DNA of 64,000 bases from Octopus sinensis (lineage: Eukaryota), in NCBI RefSeq assembly GCF_006345805.1, contig NC_042998.1, forward strand, positions 132,246,001 to 132,310,000. The letters run 5' to 3'. Below are positions 63,723 through 64,000 of the stretch, in pieces. The notes beneath the pieces are model-generated. The model ran no database searches, was not told the DNA's origin, and saw nothing but the letters and a program-made list of their open reading frames with translations. Position 1 is the stretch's first letter. Every line of letters begins with the position of its first letter. Both the position numbers and the translations under genes were made by a program.

Positions 63723-64000
63723 CTCTAACATCTTATTTGACTGTTATTTCTAGCCACTTGAGCGACCTCACGGAGGTTTCTTTGTTGGCTTGTTATGGTG
63801 AGGTTTATTCTTTTACTAGGGATATGAAGGCATTATTTGCTGCTGGGTAAATGGTGAAAGGTGCCTCTCTCCATATAGCTGCCATGAATTTATGGTTATA
63901 TAATTAATCCTAACTGGTTTTGAGAAGTATCTTGACTCTTTTTTTTTTATTGTCTTCTTCCCCCACCACTTCACTCTTTACACATATTGTACGTGTGTGT

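Overview
AT-rich, microsatellite-saturated animal genomic DNA. The repeat families (tRNA-headed SINEs, RTE-type LINE tails ending in (GAT)n, (TA)n/(CA)n everywhere) look like an octopus genome; this is my recognition, not a database result. I could not identify any intact host protein-coding gene, rRNA, true tRNA or CRISPR array. Almost all ORFs in the supplied track are translations of microsatellites or SINEs, so the window is most likely intergenic or inside a very large intron. Supportable features: dozens of SINE and LINE-tail copies from about five families; decayed DNA transposons (mariner, maT/DD37D-like, Tigger, piggyBac-like, Buster/Charlie-type hAT MITEs with 8-bp TSDs, a possible Helentron-like element); an ~860 bp near-identical tandem duplication; and a ~310 bp local templated insertion. 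The most interesting signals are (TA)n-bounded fold-back elements, three of which share a decayed minimal hammerhead-ribozyme-like layout (Penelope/retrozyme-like), perfect 25-48 bp inverted repeats, and a ~4.4 kb SINE-free island with homeodomain/TALE-like palindromes. A few splice-signal-bounded candidate exons are reported only as speculation. Repeat boundaries are approximate unless a TSD or TIR is quoted.
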